DNA of 64,000 bases from NCBI GenBank assembly GCA_965112155.1, contig OZ218107.1; one strand, given 5' to 3'. This document shows positions 50,206 through 63,299 of this stretch, in pieces (positions within the stretch are counted from its first letter, which is position 1; each line of letters starts with the position of its first letter). Both the position numbers and the translations under genes were made by a program. The notes below the pieces were generated by a model. That model made no database searches, was not told the DNA's origin, and worked only from the letters and a program-made list of their open reading frames with translations. This stretch comes from Podarcis liolepis (taxonomy: Eukaryota).

Positions 50206-51125
50206 TGGTGCTAAAATCCAGATACAACTATCACCCACCTTTTATCAGATTTTGAACTATAATCTTCATGCTGTGTTGGGAACAGAGTAGGAAATGTAGA
50301 TGGAGAGGGAGGGGAAAACATGACTTTAGAGGACATACATTACAACTGTCAGCTAATTGTTAATTGAATTCCACTAAAACCCAGTATCTGCAGTGATTAA
50401 TGTGCTCTTAACAATAGAAAAGAATGAGTCATTCCAGAGGAGGAAAGGGTTGATTAACAATACAATTAATCTTTCCATTTGAGTGGAGTTTTTGCTGCAT
50501 ATTTCTCCCTCTCTTCAGGAGCAGAGACAGATCGTTCCAAACGTCACTCAAACCAGATCTCTATTCTGACTCAGTATTGATTATTTTGACCTAACATTCT
50601 CCTCATTTTTTAAGCTTTCGTATGAAAGTCCAATTACCACTGACAGCTGGAGCTTTATCTTTAATCATTTTTACTAGGCACCACAGCTAGCTTGTCTAAG
50701 CTGCCGACCATGTACACTTTTAGTCTAAAGCATCATCTTGTTTTCCCCACAAGAACAATTGAACATTGTCAATTAAGGGCTGTGTCTTAGGCAAATGGTG
50801 AAAAATCTTTCAATTGCCGCACTGTCAACATGGAACGCTAAAGGCTTGTTTGCTTCACCGATGGCTTTTCACAGTCTGTGGAGCTTTGCGTGTGCAGGGG
50901 ATCTCTCTTTTTTTCAAAGGGCAGGGGAAAGCAGGTATCTGGAAACTCTTCTCTCCATGTTGGGTTTCCCTTCTTGGAAGCAAATAGGAAGAACATGCAC
51001 AGCCAGGGTGGTAGATCATATCTAGGTTTATATCAAAAGAGTAAAGGATTGGAGTCAAACTACATAATGGCATGGAGGAAACCCATTAGAAACCACAAGA
51101 TCATAGAACACAGAAAGAGAGAAAG

Positions 51126-51264
51126 ATCATAGAAGTTTAGGGTTGTAAGGGACCTGAGGCACATCTAGTCCAACCCCTGTAACTCAGGAGCATGCAGCTG
51201 TCCCATGCGGGGATCGAACCTGCAATCTTCGTGTTATCAGCACCATGCTCTAACCATTTAACTG
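51126..51264 (-). mobile_element. Squam2-type SINE (tRNA head plus CR1-like tail)
   Basis: Reverse complement tggttagagcatggtgctgataacac...gcaggttcgatcccc...ggggttggactagatg...ctatgat. Confidence 0.75.
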
Positions 51265-51599
51265 TAGGCAATTAGCAGTCCCTTGTGTATGAATGCTGGT
51301 GATGGTTGGGATTTGTTGTATGTCTAGTTTACATGCAAGTAGCGCACAAGCTCTTCATTTCCGAAATGGAAATCTTGTCCCCATAGGTTTTCAGGATTTC
51401 ATTCCAGAGATCTGTGCTACAATTTATATTTCCCAGTATAGTCAAATAGATGAGCCAATAATGACTTCTCCCAGCTAATTCTTCACCATTTTTATCATTC
51501 ACATTCCTCCCCACCTGAACAAAGCCAACTGCAGGTTGATGGGGCTGTTGACATTGTGCTTCTCCTTGTGGCAGGGGATAGGGTGCCATTTTAAATTCC

Positions 51600-51900
51600 C
51601 AGTATGACCCAGATGGACACTATATATTGGGAGGGCTGCTGCTGCTTTGGGCAGTTAAACAGAGGGACTGCCTTGCTCCATATATATCTGCCCAAACATT
51701 ATGTTCAGCTGAAGAGATACTATTAAGGGTTACACATGATGTTTGCCTTGTTTCTATAACAAATAGGGTATTCAGTGTGTCTGCACCTAGGTTGTGGAAC
51801 TCCTTGTCCATTCATATTGAGGAAGAACCATCAGTACCTTGGCTGCTTAAATGGTTGCTTAAGACCCTTCAGTTTAATACAGACCTTTCATGATGTACAG
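51600..51900 (+). mobile_element. Old L2 3' fragment
   Basis: Decayed translation CLAPY..AQTLCSAEE.LL.V....RVFSVSAPRLWNSL. Confidence 0.65.
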
Positions 51901-53311
51901 CTCAACCTACAACTAATTATGCATCACTTTTCAGAGGTTAACTACTTTTATGCTATGTGCTATGGATGTACTATGCTAACTGCCTTGATACATTGGCTTA
52001 TTCTGCATTATATAAATTTATAGCATAACATAACATAGAAACACAGAATCATAGGGTTGGGAGGGACCCCAAGGATTGTCAATAAATTTAAAAGATGGCT
52101 CTAAGCCACGTGGTACCCATGGGAGTGCCGGAAAACAGAATCCCAGGGCAGATGCCAGTGAAGGCTGCTGCCAGCCCTCCACCAGCAGTCCTGCCCATTA
52201 TGGTACCTGGGAAAGCGAGGGGTGGATAATAACATCTATGAAGAATTGGGTGGTAGAAACATTCCCCTCCCCACCACCAGCTTCTGTGGCACTGGAAAAT
52301 GAAAAGGTGCAGCACATCTTTCTGACAACTCTGACTTTCCCAGGGAATCTACATCTTCCTCCCAGTATTTGCTTTCCTGCATTTTAAAGTACACTAAGCT
52401 TGATCAGTAAAACTTACAACTCTTTGGAGGTAACAATTTCCTTGGTACTATGATGCATTCATTTGTAAAGACTTGGTCCCTACCCCAAGGTACAGCATCA
52501 GCAGCTGATTTAATGAGGTACTGTGTATGGAGAAGAATCTTAAGATGTGGCAAGGGAAGGTTTGGCGGAAACGACATAAGTCCTGGAAGGGGGAGCCCTG
52601 GGGAAATGAGCTAGAAATGGAAATCATGAATATACCAGCCTTTCCAGTTGTTGGTGATGTGCAGTTGTTTAATTACACGCTTTTTCTTTGATAGTTGCAT
52701 TCCCCCCAAACAACAGCAACGTTATAACATGGTGCCATGAAGCATGGCAGAAAGAAAGTGGCTTTTTAGGGAGCGATATTTATGCCTTTAGTGCTGTAAA
52801 CTATCATTTTCAGAAGCTGGTACTTCTAGAAATGAAACATGTGACCACTCTCAGGAGCTTGTAAAAATGTTGCAGAAATATATTGGCCTTGGCTCATGGG
52901 CTGGCAGAAGAAGCTCAAAGGAATCTAGTTAAAGTGTTATAGTAACATTTTCCTTCCACGCTTTATAGGAACAATAAGTTTCTTCTCTCTATTTAGATTG
53001 TGTAGTTATTGGATGCCTGCATTCACTCATCTACTGTTTCAAATAAAAGAGTTGGACATCACATGTGTGGCACAGTCAAACCAACAAGTAATGCTGTATA
53101 AACTGAAGTAGCCATTAAATACAATTTCTAGCTTCAGTCACTGAGGATCAGTGAACTTATTCTTTCCTAAGATATAATGGTGTGTGTGTGCGCGCGCAAT
53201 TATTTAAAAATAAAACAAGGAAAAGAATACAGGACAAAGTGTTATGACACTGGCGGAGCCAGGGCTTCAAATACAGAGCTCACATATTAGACAGAGAGAT
53301 GCAATCTCTTT

Positions 53312-53463
53312 GGTAAAGGTCTGTAGCTCAGTTGTAGATGTGTCTCCGAGTGGGGCTGGGAGAGATTCCTGTCTGAAACCCAGAAGAGTTGCTGACAGAC
53401 AATGGCGGCAGTACTGCACAAGATGTCTCAATGGTCTGACTCAGTGTAAGACAGCTTCCCATG
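53312..53463 (+). mobile_element. Old tRNA-derived SINE with internal deletion
   Basis: tgtagctcagttgtaga...gggctgggagagattcctgtctgaaaccc...aatggtctgactcagtgtaagacagcttccc. Confidence 0.6.
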
Positions 53464-55254
53464 GACTACAGGACCCCATTTCACAGAGCATCAGATTGCC
53501 ATTTTAGAGCAATAAAATCATCTCATCAGCTAAAAACAGCATAAATTAAAATACCTAGTCATGTTATTGAAAAGTAGAGTTTTATGTTTTATTGTATAGG
53601 TATTGCTGTGCAACACCCTGAAATTTTATGAGTTGGTGGTACTTTTATAAATGAATTGAATTAAAAATATAATGCTGACCCCAGGCATACTTCCCTAAAT
53701 TCTTTTCTGGCTTGGGTTTTAATTGCTTACAGACTACCACTATTTTGTGGTGGGATTCAATCACTTACTGGAAAATCCAGGATGCATAATAAAAGTTGAT
53801 TTGGCATCCTTGTGCAACAAACTCACTTCACTCAAAAATATTTGAAGTTATACCTGAAGTAGACCAGCCCTACAACAGTTTTCCTCTAGTTGAGATTATA
53901 GTCAAAGTCTGTGGAAATTTCCCTCTCCACACTTCCACCCACTCCTTTCCTTGTCTGCAGAGATAAGAATGCAAGAACAGTCTTCACTCTCTCTTCCCCT
54001 CTCCCTGTGCTTGGAATGCTCCTTTAGCAAGGTGACAGAGGCATTTCCCAGCATCTGTGGCACCTGGGAATGTGTTGTAATTAGGGAGGGGGTAGACTGA
54101 TAGAGTGCTGAAGCAGTAGCTGTCAAGGGATGTTGGCTGCTTGGATTGGCCCCCCACCTCCTAACCTGGGACATGCAAATTGTGAATTCTAATACTGGAA
54201 GTCCAGATAAATCTGGTAGCATTATTGGGGTTGGTGGGCCCCTGCTGGCCTTGGTGCTACTGCTCTCTGGCTCTAGTGATGGCTGCATGGTTTGTAGGCA
54301 GAGATTCAATAATATTTTCAGGGACACAACAGAACCCAATGAGACTCCGAGTCAGACTGTTGTCTGGCTGTGGTGAAAAATAACTTGTTTTGCTGAGTCC
54401 AGTTCTGAATGAACAAAGAAACAGTGGGGTAGGTTTCTCATTGGCAGTGAGGAGCCTCCATTCAGTTGCTTCCATAATTCAGCTGCTGCAGTGTTCAAAC
54501 TGGCCTTTTGACTGTTTCATGGGAAGAATGAACCCACAGCATTTTCATCGTAACCTTCAGAGACTGATGTGAACAAGGCCCGTTTTTCCCCAGATGGCAG
54601 CCTCTGAGTCACTCCTTAGGTGCATTACAAAAACTTGGGTCATAAAATGTACTGCACTATAACATCAAATGTACTCACAATTTTTTACTTCATAGATATT
54701 TATTGGGCATTTCTGCCACCAGCTATTTCTTGCTGTGGAATAGGCTTCTGTCTGGTTCCGGATATAGCACACCAACAAATGATTTTTTTTCTTAGAATAT
54801 GCAAGCACACATTTTAAAGAGTGTCAGTTCAGTTGATCATCTTGAACTTCATTGATTAAACGAAAGTGGCCTCACCATTTCCTTTTCTTCCATTAACAGA
54901 GGCATATGATGGCCCTGGCCAGGAAAATGTGTAAGGTGACAGTTAAGGCACACATGTCAGGTACTCTCACTGGCTTGCATCTCTCTGGGATAAAAAGAAA
55001 TGTGCAGGCATAGGCTGATAAGCTGGCAAAAAAAGAGAGGAAAATGCATGTAGAGAAACAAAAGCTTTCACCAGGGTTTGAAATATATTTCACTGACATG
55101 CTCTGCTTTACTTTTCCTCATCTTAATGAAATGCTAAAGGTTTATAGGAGAAACATTAATTCAAGTTTTATGGAGATGCTTAGGAAGCATTCTTTGTACA
55201 GCAGAGTGCACGTTAATAGAAGTGTTAGATTTATAGTTCACTTCAAATGAATAT

Positions 55255-55430
55255 TGTAGGCACTGAAGCCTATTAGTCAGTTTCACTAGCTGCAATCCAT
55301 AGCCCAAGCAATCCATAGATATGCCTTGGCCAAACCTCCTTACATCTGTAATCAATAAAGTTGTGGCCTGTTCCAACCCAATACCAATCTCCTGTGTTTA
55401 TTTCTATGGTTTACCCCTCAATGCGCTGCA
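55255..55430 (+). mobile_element. LTR-like (Ngaro-type) 3' remnant
   Basis: caataaagttgtggcctgttccaaccc motif. Confidence 0.3.
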
Positions 55431-55656
55431 GACATCATGCACCTCTGATGGCAAACAAATCATCTAGTCATTATAAGATGATCTCAGACCACCACCAAAG
55501 ATTGCCTTGGGGGTTGTAGTACTTGGTACCAGCCCAGCCATATTCTAATTTTCTTCTCCCACCCTACCAAATCACAAGAGAGGAATGGGGAGAACAAAGA
55601 ACAGTTAAAGCAGAAGGCAGCTTCTAAATATTGTCTGGCCCAGGGACACCGCATGG

Positions 55657-55782
55657 CAGGCATAGGCAAACTCAGCCCTCCAGATGTTTTAGGACTACAA
55701 TCCCATCATCCCTGACCATTGGTCCTGTTAGCTAGGGATGATGGTCCCAAAACATCTGGAGGGCCGAGTTTGCCTATACCTG
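55657..55782. mobile_element. hAT (URR1-like) MITE
   Basis: TIRs caggcataggcaaactc / gagtttgcctatacctg; 8-bp TSD ccgcatgg / ctgtatgg (2 transitions). Confidence 0.85.
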
Positions 55783-55839
55783 CTGTATGGAAAAAAGAAC
55801 TTTGCTGCGGCCATATTTTCCCCATATACTGTCACAGGA

Positions 55840-55965
55840 AGATAAAAAGCTGTCTTATACTGATCCAGAACATTGGTCCATCTAGCTCAGTGTCATCTAT
55901 GCTGATTGACAGTGGCTCCCCAGCATTTCAGAGAGGGAGTAGGCAAAGCAGATGCTCTGCCCGTG
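55840..55965 (-). mobile_element. Old tRNA-derived SINE fragment
   Basis: aagctgtcttatactga....cattggtccatctagctcagt. Confidence 0.55.
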
Positions 55966-57474
55966 ACCATTCAAGGAATGGCACGTCAACAGCCTGTCAC
56001 TAGCAGTGGAATTCATGGTCCCATTTCCAATGCAGTCCCAGTGGAAGTCAGGTTTTCCAGTCACTATACTATACTATAAGCACTTGAAGAAGTGAGATAT
56101 TTGATTTATATCCAAGTTGCCATGTACACAGGAGGTGTAGATCAGGTCAATTCATTCTGCAATATGGAGTGAATGACTTCCTCATGCATTGCTACTTAAA
56201 AGAGAGACTGGCCTCTTTTAGAATTTTCAGTTGCCAGGAGAGCAGCGTTGGAGCAGGCTGGCTATTGAGACTGGCAGCCAATAAATATGATGCTGCTTTT
56301 TTGCACTTAATGAAATCTGATAGCCGAAAGCATGTTGCCAGGTCAAATGATATTGCTTTGGTTTATGCAATTAGATTATCTATATATGTTACAATAAAAT
56401 AAAAAACAGAAGTGAAATGTTCCCATTCCATCTGTTTATATATGTAAAGAAAAAGGAAGTTAAAAGTTTCCGTTCAATCTGTTTCATCAAACAAAATATA
56501 GTACTGCATGACACAGTGTGAGTAAACTACTCAGCTCTCTCCCTATGCATATATTTTAGCATAAAATTCTAAGCTCTATAGACTCCTAGCAATTACTCAG
56601 TGTTAAAGGTTGGGGCCTTGGCAGCTCAAATGCAATTCCATATATTCTATATGTGCTCTCACTCTCATGATTTCACGTAGACCAAGAAGCTCTAGAGAAC
56701 ACCACAGTTTCCCTTCTGATGTGGTATTTTCCATTTGCTTCAAAAAAAGGGGGAGGGGAGCATCTTCATGTATATAAAAGCACATATTAAGTGTCTCTTG
56801 GAGGTTCAGAAGTATCTTGTTTTTTATTTAAAAATGCCCTTATTATAGCCTTGCCCAGTTTCTGAGATGTTCAGAGCTGCACTCAAATGCTGAGTTCCAA
56901 AATCACAGTCCAGATTCTTTATTACAGGAAAGACTTCCCTTTCTCCTTTAGCAGCACTATCCTATGCATATTTACTCAGAAGTAACCCCTACTGAAATCA
57001 GTGAGGCATATTCCCAAATAACCATGGGATGAATTACAGCCTAAGTGAGAGAAAACACTTTGCACAGGTGCATGAAAAGTGCCTGTGTGCATGGCAGAAT
57101 TCTAATCCCTTTGGAAAGAGTAAAAAATGGTGCCCCAGGCTCTTGAATTTTATAACAAAATTCTCTTTCTGTTTCCATAGTTTTTGAGCTTTTTATGGGG
57201 GGAAAGGTGATCGACCAGTAGATCTCGATCGACCTGTTGGACAGCCCTGTTATAGAGCATATAATGGGAAATGCCCACGTTTTGGAAGAATTAAGGTTGA
57301 TGTTCATGAACATCTCACCTGATCTCTAGTTGGTTGTTCTGCTTACCAAGAGGTAGAGAGAGAGGGCAGAGGCAGCAGTTAGTGCAGTGCAAGGCAGATG
57401 CACCAATGGGGCAGTTGGCTTGGCTTGGCTGGTGCATTTGCACCATGCAAACATCATTGCCTCATTGACTCTTT

Positions 57475-57825
57475 AAAGGTAAAGGGACCCCTGACCATTA
57501 GGTCCAGTCGTGGCCAACTCTGAGGTTGCGGCGCTCATCTCACTTTATTGGCTGAGGGAGCCGGTGTACAGCCATGTGACCATGTGGCCAGCATGACTAA
57601 GCTGCTTCTGGTGAACCAGAGCAGCGCATGGAAACACCGTTTACCTTCCCGCCGGAGCGGTACCTATTCATCTACTTGCACTTTGAGGTGCTTTCGAACT
57701 GCTAGGTTGGCAGGAGCAGGGACTGAGCAACGGGATCTCACCCCGTCGCGGAGATTCGAATTGTCAACCTTCTGATCAGCAAGTCCTAGGCTCTGTGGTT
57801 TAACCCACAGCGCCACCCGCGGCCC
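57475..57825 (-). mobile_element. Sauria SINE
   Basis: Full body with intact head; short degenerate TSD ttg.ctcttta. Confidence 0.93.
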
Positions 57826-59162
57826 ACCCTTGGCTCTTTACCTTCTGGTAAACAATGGATGCAATTGACCATAGGTCAAATGAGCTCCACTTCCCACCAC
57901 ACCTTTTGCTACTGCTTGCAGCATAAGTCCAACCTGTGCCAATTCTGAACCATGTAGGTCTACAGAATGGCTTATTTGACCGTGGTGTGAAATATATGTT
58001 TTTAATATGTCACTGCTGGAAATCAGCATGGATTTTCTGATTAAGAATATAAGTTAACTTTGCTTCTTTTTCTGCAGGCAACCTATATAACATTGGTATC
58101 GGTCGTATTCTTTCCTACTTTTGTCTAGCTTTCCTAACTTCCCCTTGCAATTATTACTCACTTTCTCTTTGAATCTCCAATACATTTCTATTTTCTGGAA
58201 TTAGAATACATTCATGTAGCACTAATCATCACCACATCTAAGGAACGCAACATTTGCTCAGGTATAATGAGTATCACAGAAGCAAAAATCATTAATTCTC
58301 CTGGGTGCAGCTATTCCAGTGACATTATCTGACCACTGGTGTTTTAAATAAAGGCATGGGCTCCAATCTGGTTCCAGTGTAACTCCTTTGAAATTATCTG
58401 AGCAACTCAAGAGAGTCGTTTTGGGCCACTCCACTTTGCTTCATGGTGTTTTAACGGTGGTCCGTCTCACCAGCGTTCAGAATAAAATAATTATTTTTCG
58501 GGAAATTGCTTTGGAGCCATACCCTTATCAACACATTACAGATAGCTAACTAACCATTGCCTCAGTTGTTTGACAAATTAATCAAGTAAATCTTGCCTTG
58601 CTGCGCTTTTCTGAAATCTATAAAAGATAATGGACGGAAAAAACGGACAAGATGTTAGATTTCATTTAACTTCTGGTTTATTGCCTACTTCGCAAGAGAA
58701 TGTAAATAAAAACCCATTCTCCAAGCTATCATATTTCCCATAAAATGGTCACAATCTGCTGATGCAGGAGCTATTCTCTACAGTTCCTTGCATGCATATT
58801 TTACCAAATGGTGAAGATCAGTATGCCCAACAAGTATTACAACAGCCAACGTAAATAAATTACCGTGTCAGGAGTTCCAAGTGGTCGAGAAGTGGTGGGC
58901 ACAAAGATGATGCTGTTTCATTTTATGAGTGCATGCAAAGACAGAGGTGATAAATTATCCTTATTGGGTTTGCTTACAGGAAGCATCATTCTCCTGGAGT
59001 ACCACTTTGAACAGCGTACTAATCACTTGGAAATGTACTGGTAAAAGAATGCAGAAAGGACAAACCACACTATAGAGCCTTCTGGGTGACAGCAATTTAA
59101 GTGTTCTGTATATGGAGACGTCAAAGAATTCTTGTAAAAACAGAAATTGCTGACGTTGGCTT

Positions 59163-59520
59163 AAAGGTAAAGGTAAAGGTACCCCTGCCCGTACGGGCCA
59201 GTCGTGTCCGACTCTAGGGCTGCACGCTCATCTCGCTCAAGAGGCCGGGAGCCAGCGCTGTCCGGAGACACTTCCGGGTCACGTGGCCAGCATGACTAAG
59301 CAGCATCTGGCAAGCCAGCACCAGCACCGCACACGGAAACGCCATTTACCTTCCCGCTATAAAGCGGTACCTATTTATCTACTTGCACTTAGGGGTGCTT
59401 TCGAACTGCTAGGTGGGCAGGAGCTGGGACCGAACGACGGGAGCTCACCCCGCCGCGGGGATTCGAACCACCGACCTTGCAATCAGCAAGTCCTAGGCAC
59501 TGAGGTTTTACCCGCATCCC
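59163..59520 (-). mobile_element. Sauria SINE, CpG-rich third subfamily
   Basis: aaaggtaaaggtaaaggtacccctgcccgtacgggccagtc...; many intact CpGs; no clear TSD. Confidence 0.92.
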
Positions 59521-60719
59521 ATATCTGGAACAGAAATCAATCCAATGTATCTGATTGGTATTTGCTGTTATTGTTGTGTCAGTCTGCAATTGATTTGCAA
59601 TTGATAAGGTTTCCCCCTCCACTTTGCACCCTACTTTCTTTTCATTGAAATGAATAGGGCAGAATAACGTAATTCCAACATAGTTAACATAATGCACAGA
59701 ATTAATTAGGTTAGTTCGTAATTTCACCACAGCAGACAGTGAAACAAATAATACAGTTTTGGGTGGAAAATGGTCGGCAGCAGGATGGAGACGTGACGTT
59801 CCATATGGTGGAATGGAAAATGTTGCCTTCCAGAATCTTATTCCAATGATATTATCCTTCTTGAAGATTAAGCAATAAAAGTTTAAGTAATTATCGTATG
59901 CCTGGGAAGCAGGACAATGACTACCTTTTAGGAGACATCAGTCACTTCTCAATGTCCAACACAGTTTTGCACTGCCTAAGGAGTTCCAATGGACCAAAAT
60001 TAAGTCCATTTGGATCTCACAGAAGCGGGTGGGAAGACACTCTACCCCTTCTGAGCCGTGAAAGGGATAAGCAATATTTATTGAGTCATTTACTGAGTCA
60101 ATATTGATTTCTTGAATATACTTTAAGTACTTCCCTTTGACACTAACAAGGGGCCCCAAAGCAGTTTGCATCAGTACTAATATAGCTGATGAAGTATCTC
60201 AGACCTAAGCGTCAAAGCATCACAGATATATTAATAATAATGTCTAAGTTAAAACTTATTGGAAACTCTGCTTTCCCTTCTAATCCAAATGCAGGTAGTT
60301 GTGTTTTGTGATCTATACTTTTTTTTTTAAGCCTCTCTCCACCAATTCCAATGGGACTCCTTATTAACACTGTCATTTTTGTGTATCAGGTACCTGATCA
60401 CAGTCGGAAACTCTTTATCGCCCTTGTTTATCACTTCCTTTCGTCTAGAGGAATAGTCAAGAGCACTATTGTTAAATGTGTTAGGCCGCCGTGGGGATTG
60501 ACTGCCTAGGCAAACAACACTTTGATCTCTATTTGAGTGCTTTGCTAGCAATCAAAATAAGTAGATCAGGCTTTGGACAAGACTTGAAATCAGGATAAAT
60601 ACTGCTGAGGATAACAACTAAGAGAAGCCTCACTAAAATATTGCATCTCTTAAGTGGGAATACTCCTTTCCTCTGATCTAAAATAAGCAAGTATGGCAGA
60701 TACAAAAGTCATTAATAAG

Positions 60720-60720
<1 letters not shown>

Positions 60721-60762
<42 letters not shown>

Positions 60763-60780
60763 CGCGCGCGCGCGTGCGCA
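60721..60780. repeat. (TG)17(CG)10 alternating purine-pyrimidine tract
   Basis: Direct inspection. Confidence 0.97.
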
Positions 60781-62199
60781 AGACCACCATAACCCTCTCA
60801 CATTTCTTTAGTAAGTACAGGCATTTTTTAATTCGATGATAAAGAGAGCCTGTAGAACTGAATGGCAAAAGGTTGCCGTAAACTGTCACGATTATCTGCT
60901 CAGAAGGGCTCTTTAACTGCACTAATTGTTTAACTTCTCATGAGCAGTTGTGATGCTGGGCACCTTAGCACAGGCGAGGCCTGCACTCTGGCCTTCAATT
61001 CTCAGTACTAATGGATAGCAGCAGGTTCTGTAGCACAGCACTGAAATGCAGCAAGCTACTTTAATATGCAGCTGATATCGCTGACACAATTCAGAAAGAA
61101 AATGGCATATTTGCAAATGGCTTTTTCTTTGCCCCTTCCCGCACTTGCAAATTGACATCCCATTATCAAGGATTCGAAAGTTTACAGCAGTGAGAAATTG
61201 TTGACCTTCAAGTTGGGGCCGGTTTTTCGACGTGGGGCGGGGAGGGATGTGTGCATATATATACAGGACTTGCTTCAAATGCGTAAAGATGAAAGAGCCG
61301 CCTGCATAAAATGAGATAGCATCTTAATTAATAAGTGCATTAATAGGCAAAAACATATGGTCAGCTGCATTAATGTTCTGCGTTAGCAGAAGGAGGTTGG
61401 CCGAAGTCACAAATCTCTAAACAATGCTAATGAGTTCTTGTGGATGCTCACACACACACACATGCAAACACGCCAAAAAAGGGGGGGGGGAGAAAAAAGT
61501 CAGTGACTTTTGGGAAACATTTTATCCTCCTGGGAATTTCTATTTCAGCAAAACAAGGAACCAGCTAAGGAAGGAATAAAAGACATGCAGATAGGCCCTA
61601 TGCTGAACAGCACTGACATCATTTTTCTGGCAGGCTGCTGTGCCTTAAACAAATGGATGACAGGTAGGAAGACAACAGGTACAGCACATCTATGCTAGGA
61701 CAATCTTCACCTAATCAATTTATGAGACAGACTAGCATACAGATGCTATAAGGACAGAATCTTGTAAGAAGAAGAAAATAGTTTTCTGTGGAATCACATT
61801 TTAGTTTACCTTGTCTCTAACACATTATTTGCAGTTTCTTGTTTGTAGGCATCCACACAGAGGATGAGAAATACAACTATGCACATACACTCACACCCAC
61901 ACCTACACCCACACCCACGCATGCACACACCTATTTTCCATCTGTATTGGTCTGGCCTATGCATAGATTGCCTATGTATACATGCCTATACATAGATTGA
62001 TTGGTCTACACTTGCTGACTGCACAGTTTTTATATGGAGGCACCAGTAGTGTGAACCATGTTCTGCATTCAAGGGAGTCTGCAGAAAAATTCACTGCAGG
62101 GAACAAGATAGACATATTCTTCCAAGAGTGGCAGACCCAGTTTGGCAAGGGGTCCTTTTCTGTAGCATACTTAGAGTAACAGTTAGCCTACGCTTCCCA

Positions 62200-62549
62200 T
62201 TGGAACTGACCTAGTCCCTGCAATCCTTATCTGAGGTGCCTCTTCATGTTCCTCCTCTGTGAGAGGTCTGGAGGGTGGCAACATAAGAATGAATATTTTC
62301 TATGGTGACTTCCCACTTGTGGAATGCTCTCCCCAGGGAAACTCACCTGGTGCCTTCCTTACATACGTCTATTTAGGCACAAAGCAAAAACATTCCTCTT
62401 CTCCCAGGCCTCAGGCAAACTATGGCCTTTTAAACTGTATGTGTATGGTTATTGTTATTGTTTTTGTCTGTCACTATGGTATGTATTTGTTTTGTTTTGT
62501 TTTTATATTGAAAACCACTCTCAGATCCTTTGATGGTTAGTAGAGAAAA

Positions 62550-62588
<39 letters not shown>

Positions 62589-62590
62589 AT
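62200..62590 (+). mobile_element. Old L2 3' fragment with (AAAT)n tail
   Basis: cccacttgtggaatgctctccccagggaa..tcacctggtgcc...aaagcaaaaacattcctcttctcccaggcc. Confidence 0.75.
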
Positions 62591-63299
62591 CATCACATTA
62601 TAAATATTTCATGGATGAAAGTAAGATTGGGGCCAATTCCTGCCTTCAATTTTTTAGTCCATCTTCAGTACTTAAAGTGTGTGGAGGGGCTGATGACAGA
62701 CTGATAGCCCAAGGGCCAGAACCAGCCTGGCAGTCTTTCTTCTGAAACCCTGGCCTTCTTCTCAGTGCTGCCAATCCCAAGTGTCTCCACCTTTTTTAAG
62801 TGTGGCAATCCAAACTGGGCCACAAAAGTGCTTTGGGCACTGATGCTTTGACAGGCAGCTGAACAAGTGGTGGTGGGGCCCTGCAAAGCATTGCAAGCAT
62901 TGGTGGAGATCAAGAATTATTGAGTGGATGCTCCCAATCACTCCAGTGTTTGTCAACACAGCAGCACTCAACCCATTTCCTTTCACCAGGTTCTTGGCAA
63001 GCCAGGGAGGAGATCATGAAGGAGGTGATCAAATTGATTTCTGATCTCCAGTGCTTGCCATGTTCCACCCTCCTCAGGGGGTGATTCACAAAGACTTCAT
63101 TGGAAGCTGCCTCTTCAGTGACCTTGAAGTGATTTGAAGCAGTTCCTGAAGGAGAAGCTGTTTCTCAGTCCTCAGAACTTGGAGTGGGTGGCTCTCTGTC
63201 ACTCTCCCTGTCCCTCCATGTGGAGACAAGCTGATCAGGAGACAGCTGAACAGCTGAGTTGGGTGGCTCAATGTCAACTCTGCCCCTGCCAATTTTAGC

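Noticed and set aside
51180-51264. tRNA-like sequence, also seen in other SINE heads
   Set aside because: It is a SINE head joined to a CR1-like tail and gives no complete cloverleaf.
54146-54376. ORF with a signal-peptide-like hydrophobic stretch (PLLALVLLLSG)
   Set aside because: No suitably placed start codon, no splice support, no known family.
947-59520. Six of seven Sauria SINEs on the minus strand as evidence of host-gene direction
   Set aside because: The sample is too small, and LINEs and LTRs do not share the bias.
60390-60550. Minus-strand 74-aa ORF with possible splice sites
   Set aside because: Weak donor (gtacct) and no recognisable homology; more likely non-coding.
63050-63160. 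Kinase-like words (GVIHKD..LEV; DLKQFL)
   Set aside because: Motifs are in different frames and the wrong order, with no DFG or APE; probably chance.
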